Assembly: GCA_945874535.1 (NCBI GenBank)
Contig: CAMCGZ010000001.1
Location: 28,471-92,470, forward strand
Direction: 5' to 3'
DNA length: 64,000 nt
From: Bdellovibrio sp. ZAP7
Lineage (GTDB): Bacteria; Bdellovibrionota; UBA1018; CAIMNF01
A program made the translations under genes and the position numbers. Position 1 is the stretch's first letter, and every line of letters begins with the position of its first letter. Shown piece after piece: positions 9,294 through 18,482 of this stretch. Under the pieces are notes generated by a model, which was not told the origin of the DNA, did no database searches, and was given only the letters and a program-made list of their open reading frames with translations.

Positions 9294-10133
9294 TCTGCGG
9301 ATGCCGTTCCGGCATTCGACATAGTCGGTTTTTTGCAAGAGCGCCCGGACCTTTTCAATGTGTTCGGGCGTTTCTTCGAGGCGCTTATGATAAAGGTGCC
9401 ACTGAACCGCGTAGCCGATCACTCCATAGTGCGGAACACCCCGGTTGCGGACCCGCACGAACAGATCTCCGTCTTCTCCCCAATAACCTTCGAAATCCTC
9501 ATTGTAACCGTTGACCTCGATCAAGGTCCGGGTCGAGATGGAAAAGTTCGAGCCAAGCAGGTCCTGCACCCGGTCGCGCTTCAGGATCCTGTTGACCCAC
9601 GCCGGTGCATCCAGCCTCACCGATCGCAGAATGTTTTTGGTTTCACCACTCCATCCGGATCGGATCAAGCGCCACGACAATCCCCGGATGAAATGATCGA
9701 CATTGCCCGGTTCGATCTCGGCGGTGATTTCAGGGCCGAGATCGACCCTTCTGCCCATGAAAAGGAGCGGTTCGAAACCTGCCCGCTCGTGCGCTCGGTG
9801 ATGATCCTCGATAAAGCGCGGATGCACGATGACATCATGATCGAGTCCTACGACAATCGGATGCCGGGCAGGGTCCAGATCCCGGAATACGGTGTTGTTG
9901 ATTCTCGCCTTTCGATACCCTTCGTCGGGGTGCCAGTAGTGATGAATGAAAAAAGGCAACTCGCGCTTGAGGCGCTGAATCAGTTCACGGGTCGCATCCC
10001 CCGACCCGTCGTCAGCGATGAATACATCGAATGCCCGGTAGGTCTGCCTCGCCAACGACAACAGGCACAGTTCGAGACTCTTCGGGTTGTTGTAGGTGGT
10101 GATCACCACCGCGACCTGGCGGTTGCGACTCAT
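9285..10133 (-). CDS. Family 2 glycosyltransferase (soluble GT-A type with a C-terminal EDGD-type motif)
   Basis: VVITTYNNPKSLELCLLSLARQT. A DXD-like DHD. WGEDGDLF motif typical of the galactosyltransferase-like GT2 subgroup. Confidence 0.8.
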   Translation of the reverse strand: MSRNRQVAVVITTYNNPKSLELCLLSLARQTYRAFDVFIADDGSGDATRELIQRLKRELPFFIHHYWHPDEGYRKARINNTVFRDLDPARHPIVVGLDHDVIVHPRFIEDHHRAHERAGFEPLLFMGRRVDLGPEITAEIEPGNVDHFIRGLSWRLIRSGWSGETKNILRSVRLDAPAWVNRILKRDRVQDLLGSNFSISTRTLIEVNGYNEDFEGYWGEDGDLFVRVRNRGVPHYGVIGYAVQWHLYHKRLEETPEHIEKVRALLQKTDYVECRNGIRRSG

Positions 10134-10339
10134 GAAGACTTCGATCCACCGTCTCCGGTGTTTTTCTTATAGTCGGTGGTGTACCAACCGTTACCCTTCA
10201 GGGCGAAGCCACCCAGACTCATCAACTTTTTCACCGACGCACCACACTCGGGACACTGCTCGAGAGGCGGATCCTCGAACTTCTGGGTCACCTCGAAAGC
10301 GCGCTCACACTTTTCGCACCAATACTCGTAAAGAGGCAT
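10130..10339 (-). CDS. FmdB-family zinc-ribbon protein
   Basis: MPLYEYWCEKCERAFE...CPECGA, a classic FmdB CxxC...CxxC motif. Confidence 0.75.
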   Translation of the reverse strand: MPLYEYWCEKCERAFEVTQKFEDPPLEQCPECGASVKKLMSLGGFALKGNGWYTTDYKKNTGDGGSKSS

Positions 10340-10385
10340 GGTGTGAGATTGAATCAGGGAGTGCGTTCCAGTCAAGAGTCAGGAG

Positions 10386-11921
10386 TCAGGACCGGCAGAC
10401 CTTGAAGACCCGATGAAGCGAAGGGTCGGAAACGGGGAGTCCCTGAAGGAGAAACTCACGGATGGGGAACTTGATCCGCTTTCTGAGCCGGACCCAGTCG
10501 AGGCAACGGAGGGCAGGTGCGGGCGGAGGCGAGTTTTCGTCGAGGATCAATGCACCTCCAGACCGGACGTGCCGCTCCGCATCCGCGTCTGACCGGAGCA
10601 CCGCAATCCGTATTCCGGTTGCTGCGGAGATCATTCCCACCTCGTGCCAGATATCCTCCCTGGGCATCACATAAGCGAACTTGCTGTCAGGCCAGAGCTC
10701 GATCGCCTGTCGCAGTCCGGCGAGGTCCCCCTCTCCGACACCAATCGCGGCCACACGGATGAGACTCACCATCGCCACCGAGGTCAGTGCCACTCCGTAC
10801 AAGGTCCCTCGGAAATGCGCCAAAGCCCAACAGGGGATCAAGGCCGCGAATCCGAGCGCAAGACCCCACCCGATCCAGCCCCCGGTGAACATCCTGAGTA
10901 CAAAAAACAGGAGCGCAACCCCGAACCCGGCCGCAAACCAACCCGCGATCCGGGCCCGTCGATGGAGTCCGGATCCAGCTGAAACCAGCATCCAGACTAC
11001 GACAGGCGTGAGGAGATACAGGTAGGTGTTCACCCGATACGGAAAAAGCGTGAAGAACACGGCCGGTACCGTCATGTAAGAGAGCCAACGAAGACGCTGC
11101 TCCTTCCAGGCAACTTTGAATTCAGGCGTGGTGAGTACAGCAAGCCATGCGATGAGAATCGGAAACAAGGTTCCGACGAACTCTCCCCAAAGACCCAGAG
11201 GGGTTCCGTGGGAGGTCGAGACTTTGCCGAGGTTCTCCCTTAAGAAGAACATGTCCATCATTTCACGATAGTGCGTCCTAGCCGCAAGGAAGTACCACGA
11301 AAGCCCGATGAACACCCCTCCGCACAAAGCACCCCAGAACCTCCGCGACGCAAGCAGGGTTCGCAGGTTGTTCTTCATGAAAGCTTCGAAGACGATCGAG
11401 AGGACCCACAACACCGGATACAAGGGCCCCTTGATCCAACTCATCATTCCGGTCATGGCGAATGCAGCCAGGGTCCGGCCCTCCCACCAAAGGTGCCACG
11501 CCCAACAGTAAAACAGCACCACCCAAATCTCCATCTGAGCGGTGGTTCCATAGGTCATACTGGCCAGCGTTCCGGCAAAAAGAATTCCGGCCAAAGCGCC
11601 CTCTTTTTTCGAGATCCGATCCACCACATCGGCGGTACCGATGAGGGCCAGAACCGAAGGGAGCAGTGCCCCCCACAGACCAAAACCGAACACGGACCAT
11701 CCGATTCGGGTGGCCCAGTACTGGAGCGGGGGCTTCAGAAAATTGGACTCACCAAAGAGCGTCGGGATGATCCACTCTCCTCTTTCTTTCATTTCGAGCG
11801 CAATCGTCAGGTAGGTCTTTTGATCGCCGGTGAGTGGGACACTGAGACCCCAGAGCCCGAGTGCATAACAGACAAATAGAAACACCCATACTCGACGTCT
11901 CACCGGAATCCGGCTGATCAT
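10386..11921 (-). CDS. Polytopic membrane glycosyltransferase of the PMT/ArnT superfamily (GT39/GT83-like, COG1807)
   Basis: N-terminal GDQKTYLTIALEMKERGEWIIPTLFGESNFLKPPLQYW signature of PMT_2 / ArnT-like proteins. ~12 TM helices. The ATG overlaps the RCC1 gene stop (ATGA). Confidence 0.7.
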   Translation of the reverse strand: MISRIPVRRRVWVFLFVCYALGLWGLSVPLTGDQKTYLTIALEMKERGEWIIPTLFGESNFLKPPLQYWATRIGWSVFGFGLWGALLPSVLALIGTADVVDRISKKEGALAGILFAGTLASMTYGTTAQMEIWVVLFYCWAWHLWWEGRTLAAFAMTGMMSWIKGPLYPVLWVLSIVFEAFMKNNLRTLLASRRFWGALCGGVFIGLSWYFLAARTHYREMMDMFFLRENLGKVSTSHGTPLGLWGEFVGTLFPILIAWLAVLTTPEFKVAWKEQRLRWLSYMTVPAVFFTLFPYRVNTYLYLLTPVVVWMLVSAGSGLHRRARIAGWFAAGFGVALLFFVLRMFTGGWIGWGLALGFAALIPCWALAHFRGTLYGVALTSVAMVSLIRVAAIGVGEGDLAGLRQAIELWPDSKFAYVMPREDIWHEVGMISAATGIRIAVLRSDADAERHVRSGGALILDENSPPPAPALRCLDWVRLRKRIKFPIREFLLQGLPVSDPSLHRVFKVCRS

Positions 11922-14176
11922 AGAGGATAATCCACGGGATCCGGAGAGTTCGAACCGCCAATCAAAGATTGGCCGAAGCAATAGAGACTGGGATCGTCTG
12001 TAGAGGTCACACAGGTGTGATGTTCTCCGGTTGTGACCCGGGCAACCTTTTTCAGGCGCTCACTTCTGAGAGAGATCAAGACCGGATCGGGACTCTCTGC
12101 CGGCAGTTTTTGTCCGAACTGATAAGATTCGTTTTTCCCCCAACAATACAACTGACCCGAATCGGTCACTGCACAGAAGTGTCCGGATGAGGAAGACAGC
12201 ATCAATACGCCTCGAAGGCCGCCATTCGCCATGGACTTGAGCTCCAAGGGCGCATCCGCTTTCGACTCCGTCTGTGAGCACACCACTTCCCGTTCCGTAC
12301 CGCGGATTCCGCAAAGGCGATCGTCGGTGAGGGCGATCTGGATCAGCTCCCGAGACGGTCCGCCATTCAAAGTGACTGGCTTCGCGCTCTGCGCCTGCTC
12401 GAAGCGTTCTTGTCCCCAACACCAGGAGGATCCCTCGACCTGGGATAGGGCACAGGCCCTCTTTCCTTGTGCGCGAACCTGCCAGATGTCCTTGATGGGT
12501 TTTCCGCCTTCAGAAACCTTTACCGGACCCGTGAGCTCGGCAAAATCACCGTTCGGAATGCAGGTGACCTCCTGATTGGCACCGATGATGCACACTTGCT
12601 TGTAGCCAACTGTGACACCTGAGACGCCCCGAAGCGGCATGTTGTTCCGCTTCAATTCCTCGAGCAAAAAACTGTTCTGTGTCGGGCGCTTACCTGTCAG
12701 GTCGATTTCGACCCCACCGAAGCAACCGACTCGCTGATCGTCCCCGAAGATCAAACAGGCGCGCGATCCCTGAATGTCAAGGGCACTGACCTTACCAAGA
12801 ACGTTCGTTTCGTTTTGAAGGACCACTCCGGACATCCTCTGCATCCCGAGTTGTCCGTAGGTGTTCAAGCCGAAACAATAGAGTTTTTCAGCCTGATCCT
12901 TGATACAGGCATGATTCCAACCGATCTGGACATGAGTGACATTCGCCAAAGCCTCGAGTCCGGAATCGAGCACCCTTGCCGGGTAGACTGAATAGGGTTT
13001 GGGATTTCCAAGAACCCCATGTGCCCCGTTTCCCCAACAGAACAACTCATCCCGGACCGAGATGATGCAAGTCCGGTCGGGACCGGCACGGACCTCCTTG
13101 ACTCCCTTCAGGGTGAGATTGTTCGACCCGAGAGCCACCTGTTCGGTTTCTCCCCGGGTCGAGGAACTTCCCAATTGATTGAACTTGTTATCGCCCCAAC
13201 AAAAAACAGTCCGCTCATCACGGTGAATCGCACAAGCATGGGAATCACCGACCGTGATCTGATCGATTCTCGAGAGGGCCATTTCTTGGGGGTACCTCAC
13301 CTGAACCAGCGAGGCCTTGGGCATTCCCTTCACCGGCATCAGGATTCCGAGTTGCCGGAGGTCATTCAGGCCCCAGCAGTACACCTGCGCACCCTTGGTC
13401 AGGGCACATCCGAAATTCCGACCGAGACCGACCTGCCTCACCGAAGACAGGTACCCGACGTTATTTGCGTACTCCACCCGTTCCGGAATCCAATTCACCT
13501 TCCGGGAAGAACTGAAGCGTTCACCGAAACAGTACAGGGTCGCATCTTCCCGGGCGATCAGGCAAGTCGACGCAGCTCCCGCTGCAATATCCTTGACCCC
13601 CGCCATGGGTTTCGGGCTCCGCTCGCTTTCCATGACCGATCGGGCGCCCACACCCCGTTCAGAATTGTTTCCAAGTTGTCCTGCTGTGTTTTCTCCCCAA
13701 CAAACCGCACGACCGCTCTTCAATACGGCACAGGCATGGGCGTCTCCGGCACTCAACGCACGCACCTCGGTGAGGGGAGCGTTCGAATTGTCCATATCTA
13801 GAACAGGCACCGGCTTGATCGAACTACCGGCGCTCGGATTACCCAACTGGCCCTTGTCATTGCGACCGTAACAGAATGCCTGCTGATTCTCTCCTGAAGT
13901 GAAGCAGGTGAACTCCTTGCCCGTGGTCAGGAGTTTTACCGGAGTGGTCACCACGGTCGGTCCTCCGTTGAAGGTTCCGAGAGAGCCCTTCTCGCCAGAG
14001 CCCACGCAGCGAACCGTTTTATCGCCCAGGATCGCGCAACTCACCCGGTCCCCGGATTTCATTTCGTCGAACTCGAATGCAGAGGTGCTGAGCGAAGTCG
14101 CCTCAGTGAAAAGCAAGGAAACGAAAACCCTCGTCTCGCTGCAGCCACTCAGGAGCAGAATTCCGATCCACGACAT
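11918..14176 (-). CDS. RCC1 (regulator of chromosome condensation)-repeat beta-propeller lipoprotein
   Basis: More than ten repeats with GxNxxGQLG / CWGxN signatures. Signal peptide plus lipobox (LLLSGCSE). The ORF-track start at 14212 lies upstream; the signal-peptide Met was chosen. Confidence 0.8.
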   Translation of the reverse strand: MSWIGILLLSGCSETRVFVSLLFTEATSLSTSAFEFDEMKSGDRVSCAILGDKTVRCVGSGEKGSLGTFNGGPTVVTTPVKLLTTGKEFTCFTSGENQQAFCYGRNDKGQLGNPSAGSSIKPVPVLDMDNSNAPLTEVRALSAGDAHACAVLKSGRAVCWGENTAGQLGNNSERGVGARSVMESERSPKPMAGVKDIAAGAASTCLIAREDATLYCFGERFSSSRKVNWIPERVEYANNVGYLSSVRQVGLGRNFGCALTKGAQVYCWGLNDLRQLGILMPVKGMPKASLVQVRYPQEMALSRIDQITVGDSHACAIHRDERTVFCWGDNKFNQLGSSSTRGETEQVALGSNNLTLKGVKEVRAGPDRTCIISVRDELFCWGNGAHGVLGNPKPYSVYPARVLDSGLEALANVTHVQIGWNHACIKDQAEKLYCFGLNTYGQLGMQRMSGVVLQNETNVLGKVSALDIQGSRACLIFGDDQRVGCFGGVEIDLTGKRPTQNSFLLEELKRNNMPLRGVSGVTVGYKQVCIIGANQEVTCIPNGDFAELTGPVKVSEGGKPIKDIWQVRAQGKRACALSQVEGSSWCWGQERFEQAQSAKPVTLNGGPSRELIQIALTDDRLCGIRGTEREVVCSQTESKADAPLELKSMANGGLRGVLMLSSSSGHFCAVTDSGQLYCWGKNESYQFGQKLPAESPDPVLISLRSERLKKVARVTTGEHHTCVTSTDDPSLYCFGQSLIGGSNSPDPVDYPL

Positions 14177-14199
14177 CAACCTGAGGGTGAGTCGGGTTT

Positions 14200-14796
14200 T
14201 TATTTGAACCATTTCTTTTTGAGCGCGCTGAACGCTCCGTTGATGGCCGGTGGAAGATCTTGGAAGTAATCCCCGTCCCTGAAGCGGAGCGCCTCCGGGA
14301 ATTCGCTGTTCTTGGCGACATCGCCGAAATAGCCCTTCAAGCGCATGAGCGGCCCGGCCATTTTGTGCGTCAGGATCAGGGTGAAGACTCCCGTTGTTCC
14401 GATGGCCACCCCCAGAGAGACGACCATGTAAATCAACAAAGTTCGCAACTGCTCTGTGAGCAACTGAATGAACAAGTTCTGGGCAGGAAGGCGGGTCTGC
14501 TTCACCAATTGTTCCAGATACAGGTGACTCCGGATCACCAGGTAACCGACTAGGCCGAACAAGACCCCGGTGATCAGGACGTTGAAGACAATGAGGGGCA
14601 CCTGGAATTTAGGATAAACCAGATACTTTCTCTTATACCAGGGTGGTCGAACCGTGCTTTCCGGCGCGGTACTTTTCTGAGTCCCACTCCCTTTTCCAGA
14701 AGGTTTACCGGGCATCCCGGGACGCATCCCGGGTTTCGCAGGGGCTTTAGGCTTCAACTGCGTCTTCGGGCCGGCACCGGGTGGGTTTTGCATCAC
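14200..14796 (-). CDS. Membrane protein with a Pro/Gly/Lys-rich N-terminal tail, two TM helices and a HAMP-like amphipathic segment
   Basis: N-terminal PGMRPGMPGKPSGKGSG low complexity. Two hydrophobic helices. AGPLMRLKGYFGDVAKN resembles a HAMP linker. Confidence 0.45.
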   Translation of the reverse strand: MMQNPPGAGPKTQLKPKAPAKPGMRPGMPGKPSGKGSGTQKSTAPESTVRPPWYKRKYLVYPKFQVPLIVFNVLITGVLFGLVGYLVIRSHLYLEQLVKQTRLPAQNLFIQLLTEQLRTLLIYMVVSLGVAIGTTGVFTLILTHKMAGPLMRLKGYFGDVAKNSEFPEALRFRDGDYFQDLPPAINGAFSALKKKWFK

Positions 14797-15929
14797 AAGG
14801 AGGAATCGATCTTTCTCGGGTCACGTGAGGTGTCCGACTTGTCGGCCAGACTGCGACTTCCGGAGGCATGCTCTTTCAGATAGCTTTTCGCATCCTCAGC
14901 CACCCTCTGAAGCTCGCTCTTCTGGGCGCGGAGCAATGCGAGAATCATTGCGGCGTCCTCTTTGCTTTGGTTCGCACTCTGCTCTTCGATGCTTCGCTCG
15001 AGTACCTCGAGTTCACGGTGCTTCTGTTCGATGAGGTCGTTGATGATCCGGGTTTCATCGATGGCGGGGGCTACCGGTTCGGCTGCAATCCGTGCCTCTT
15101 CGTTCTCAACCGGCGACAACTCGATCTGGTCTCCGGACGGAATGGTATAGGTTTCTTCGCCCACCCGGTCGACCAGACGGTTCATGACCTCGATCGCCTG
15201 CTTGAGTTCAGAGCGGATGATCTTGAATTCAGCGCGGTGGTTTTGAACCTGCTGAAGGGTGTCGCGAATGAGTTCTTCCGATGTCTGGGTTTGAAGTTGG
15301 ACATCGATGAGTTTCTCGTTGGACTCGGAAGCATTGCGCTCGATCCGTGCGATTTCACCACGGTTCGAATCGGAATTCTTCTGCATGCTCGAGATGGAAG
15401 CCTTGATATTTTCGATATCCGCGAGCACCTCGTTTTGCTTGGTGTTCATGAGCTCCACGGTGGAAAGCGCTTTCATCCGGATCTCGATCTGGCGCTCGAC
15501 GCGATCACAGAACGCTCCGATCATGGAAAACATCTTGTCCTGATAGAAGTTCTGATCGGCTTTGCGCTGCTCGTTCATGCGCATTTCGAGGTCCCTGGAG
15601 TGTGCCGCCATGTCTTCGACCGCCTGCTGTGCCCTTTGGCTTTGCTGGTAGATTCCCCGCATGGTGCTCTGGAGAATCTCGAAGGACGAAGTGATGGTGT
15701 TCTGCAACTGGGAGATCACCGGCTCGAGATGGCGATGAACCTCGTCAGCAACAAACTGAGTGTTGATCTGATTCGGCTTGGAGCTTTTTTCAAGCTCTTC
15801 GATCCGGTTCAGCAGGTGCCTGTTTTGCACCTTCAACGAGTTGATCTCCTGCTCGCGCACAGAAAGGCGCTGCTGGAGCAACTGGGGGTTGGCCGGGTTT
15901 GCGGGATTGGCTCCGTAATTCACAGACAT
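14793..15929 (-). CDS. Long coiled-coil protein, Q/E/R-rich (possible cytoskeletal/scaffold protein, CCRP-like)
   Basis: Heptad-rich composition throughout. No enzymatic motifs. N-terminal NPANPANP repeat. Confidence 0.5.
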   Translation of the reverse strand: MSVNYGANPANPANPQLLQQRLSVREQEINSLKVQNRHLLNRIEELEKSSKPNQINTQFVADEVHRHLEPVISQLQNTITSSFEILQSTMRGIYQQSQRAQQAVEDMAAHSRDLEMRMNEQRKADQNFYQDKMFSMIGAFCDRVERQIEIRMKALSTVELMNTKQNEVLADIENIKASISSMQKNSDSNRGEIARIERNASESNEKLIDVQLQTQTSEELIRDTLQQVQNHRAEFKIIRSELKQAIEVMNRLVDRVGEETYTIPSGDQIELSPVENEEARIAAEPVAPAIDETRIINDLIEQKHRELEVLERSIEEQSANQSKEDAAMILALLRAQKSELQRVAEDAKSYLKEHASGSRSLADKSDTSRDPRKIDSSL

Positions 15930-15996
15930 GGACTGGTCCCTCCGTAGACACTCAGATCACCTAAATATCTTTTCACAGCGTGGATTCCGAGTCAAA

Positions 15997-17190
15997 ATGA
16001 TCCTTATGCAGAGGTTCATAAAAAGAGTGACAGGGTACGGATTTTGCGCCATTTTTTTGTCACTTTCTGCATTCGCGGCCACACCCATCCCTCCTTGTCC
16101 GGAGGGTTCGGAACGGGAGTACCTCCCGAACCGGGAGCGTCCGCTCTGGGCCAGCTGCCGCGACGAGGCGGGTTTGTATCAGGGTCTTCTGTTTCAATTC
16201 AGCAGCCAAACCGAGATCATCCGGATCGCATCTGTGAAGAATTCCCTGCGCCACGGCAGGGAAATCCGCTTCGGAGCCCCGGGAACGATCGAGGAGCGAG
16301 ATTACCGGGACGGTCACTTGCACGGGCCCTCCTTCATTCACAAGGCCTCAGCGCCAGTCGGACGTTCCATGCCGAAGTCCCTGTCCCGCGAAGAATGGGC
16401 TCGATTCAGTCAACCCACGCCTGAGTCCTTTTTGAAGACGTGGCTTCAGCAGGAGCCGGAATCTGCCCTCGAGTTTTCTGACGGACGCCTGGTGCGTGTG
16501 GTGGCAGGCAAAATCGATTACCGTTTCCGCGTTAGCAAAGAGGGCCGCATCTATTCGATCAATCACCCCGAGATGAAGAATCTTTTTTTCTTCGATCCCG
16601 AACCGCTGTGGGACATGAATGCGGCCGACACCAAATCCTTGCTCAAGCTCGGGTTCGGAAGTTGTAAAAAGTACGACGGCCCGCTGGGGCGCTACGGGAG
16701 ACATTACGACGTCCTTTTATTCAAACGCGAAATAATCGAGAGGAAGCACCTGGCCCGCCTTGCTGAAATGCGCGAAAGAATGATGAGCTTTTGTGTCCCT
16801 GAAGACATTCGGAAGCACCTCGGGACCATCGAGTGCCCCGCCCTGCTTCCGGGGAGCATTCCTCCGAACCACTGCTTGCTTCCCATCAGCGACCGGTTGC
16901 ACGTTCCCTACGAGCCGAAGTACTTCGTTTTCGAGTTCACCTTGGGCAGAAAGCCCGAAGAGTTCCACGAGCTGCTGAAAAAGAAAGGTCTCTTGGCATT
17001 CGCCAGCCGGCCGGACCAACTGGAGAAGACCATCATGCTCTCGGACACGGCAGCAGTGATGCTGAAGAAGACCCCCGCAGGAATCTACTATAAGTTTTTC
17101 GAAAAACAAAAAGACGGGAAATTCGTGTTCAAAAGCGGCGGAGACGATTCGAAGTCCTGGTGGGACTGGCGCCACATACCCGGATTCTGA
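15997..17190 (+). CDS. Secreted protein with N-terminal MORN-like repeats, unknown function
   Basis: Signal peptide (AIFLSLSAFAATP). GxxxxYxDGxxxG-like repeats. The ORF-track start at 15928 would overlap the divergent gene. Confidence 0.4.
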   Translation: MILMQRFIKRVTGYGFCAIFLSLSAFAATPIPPCPEGSEREYLPNRERPLWASCRDEAGLYQGLLFQFSSQTEIIRIASVKNSLRHGREIRFGAPGTIEERDYRDGHLHGPSFIHKASAPVGRSMPKSLSREEWARFSQPTPESFLKTWLQQEPESALEFSDGRLVRVVAGKIDYRFRVSKEGRIYSINHPEMKNLFFFDPEPLWDMNAADTKSLLKLGFGSCKKYDGPLGRYGRHYDVLLFKREIIERKHLARLAEMRERMMSFCVPEDIRKHLGTIECPALLPGSIPPNHCLLPISDRLHVPYEPKYFVFEFTLGRKPEEFHELLKKKGLLAFASRPDQLEKTIMLSDTAAVMLKKTPAGIYYKFFEKQKDGKFVFKSGGDDSKSWWDWRHIPGF

Positions 17191-17196
17191 ATCGCA

Positions 17197-17940
17197 TCAA
17201 ACCCAGGAGCTGACCTGGAAACTCACCCAGTTCGGATCATCGGTCGGGAGATCGTGGTTGGCCGATTCGTGGATCCTGAGGTCCGCCCCGAAATGCCGCG
17301 CGATCGATTCTGAGCAACTGTAATGGACCAAGGTATCCCCCTTGGAAGTCAGGACCAAGACCGGAATGGCGATCCGGGCCGGTGCACGGAAACGGATGGC
17401 CGCAAAGATCTGGGCTGCGGCGTCTCTCGGGCGGACCACTTTCGCAAATCCCCCCTGCCAGTCAGCACGCTTCTTCAGTGCATCACCCTTCAGATTGGTG
17501 GTGATCGAAAGAATCCGTTCTTCCCGATTGCGGATGTTCTTCTCGAAAAAAAGTGAAAGGATGGTCGGGAAGTTCGCCGGCTGCATCCGACGGAATAACG
17601 GACTGAGACCACCGACACTGGAATTGATCAGCACGAGCTTCTTGAAGTCCTCCGGATACCGCGAGGTCCAATTCATGGCCACCATACCGCCGAGCGAAAC
17701 CGCCAGCAAACACCATTCTCCCGATGCCGGCAAGGCCGACCATCGAGCACGCAAATCGTCGACAATTTCATCAATAGAGGTCGGCGAGAAGCGCTCGGAT
17801 TCGGTTCCGAAACCGGCGAAATCGAGAGTGAAGACCTTGGCCTGCGGGTCCTTTTCCTTCAGGCCAGCTTCGAACTGCGGGGCAAACTCGCCCCAGTGCC
17901 GCTGTTCCCGAACCAGACCTCTCAGAATCAACCAATTCAT
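17197..17940 (-). CDS. Alpha/beta-fold hydrolase
   Basis: Nucleophile elbow VSLGG (GxSxG). ~250 aa with an alpha/beta hydrolase pattern and a C-terminal His. Confidence 0.75.
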   Translation of the reverse strand: MNWLILRGLVREQRHWGEFAPQFEAGLKEKDPQAKVFTLDFAGFGTESERFSPTSIDEIVDDLRARWSALPASGEWCLLAVSLGGMVAMNWTSRYPEDFKKLVLINSSVGGLSPLFRRMQPANFPTILSLFFEKNIRNREERILSITTNLKGDALKKRADWQGGFAKVVRPRDAAAQIFAAIRFRAPARIAIPVLVLTSKGDTLVHYSCSESIARHFGADLRIHESANHDLPTDDPNWVSFQVSSWV

Positions 17941-18152
17941 GAAAGATTTTTTAAATGATCAAGGCCCGGAACACACGAAAATTCGTGCATCCCGGGCCCC
18001 TTTCTGAGGAGGTGGTGGGTACAGCCTTTTTGCCCCTGACCCAGCCCTTCGGCCTGTTCATCGGGGCAACTTGTTGGGTCCGACCCCCCGGACCCAAACT
18101 TGGCTCCTGTCCGCACACCTCCCAGACGGCGGACAGGGTGAACTGAAATGAC

Positions 18153-18377
18153 TTACGCTGCGACCGTCGTTTTTTGACGGGTCATGTACGCCATATAATG
18201 ATCGTACTTCTTCTCGAAGTCGGGAACCTTGTGCCCGGCCTTGCTGATCAGGCCGAACTTGAACCACTCATAGTGCTCATTACAAAAGGTGAACCTGGCT
18301 TGAGGCTTCTTGCAGCCCCCGCACTTGCAACCTTCTGCTCCCACGACTTCCATCACCGGCTTTTTACCTTTACCCAT
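18153..18377 (-). CDS. Small Cys-rich (CxCxxC...C/H) putative zinc-binding protein
   Basis: EGCKCGGCKK...FCNEHYEW. 74 aa. Same strand as, and immediately downstream of, pckG. Confidence 0.4.
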   Translation of the reverse strand: MGKGKKPVMEVVGAEGCKCGGCKKPQARFTFCNEHYEWFKFGLISKAGHKVPDFEKKYDHYMAYMTRQKTTVAA

Positions 18378-18482
18378 GTCTTGTGACCTCCTCTACATGG
18401 AACGTATCGGAGATTCAGGATAAAACTTGAGTAAAATGTTCGGGAATTACCCTAAGGCACTGTAATCAGTGGCAAAACAAAA

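Noticed and set aside
11940-11990. T-loop-like GGTTCGAAC string (minus strand) and a second one at ~22416, which might signal a tRNA
   Set aside because: Both lie inside well-supported coding sequence, and no acceptor/anticodon cloverleaf can be drawn. The hairpin at 11950-11975 has a 3-nt loop.
18076-18094. GGGTCCG-acccc-CGGACCC hairpin in the 212-nt gap between the Cys-rich ORF and the hydrolase gene, as a possible terminator
   Set aside because: No U-tract on either strand. At most a structural element, not a convincing intrinsic terminator.
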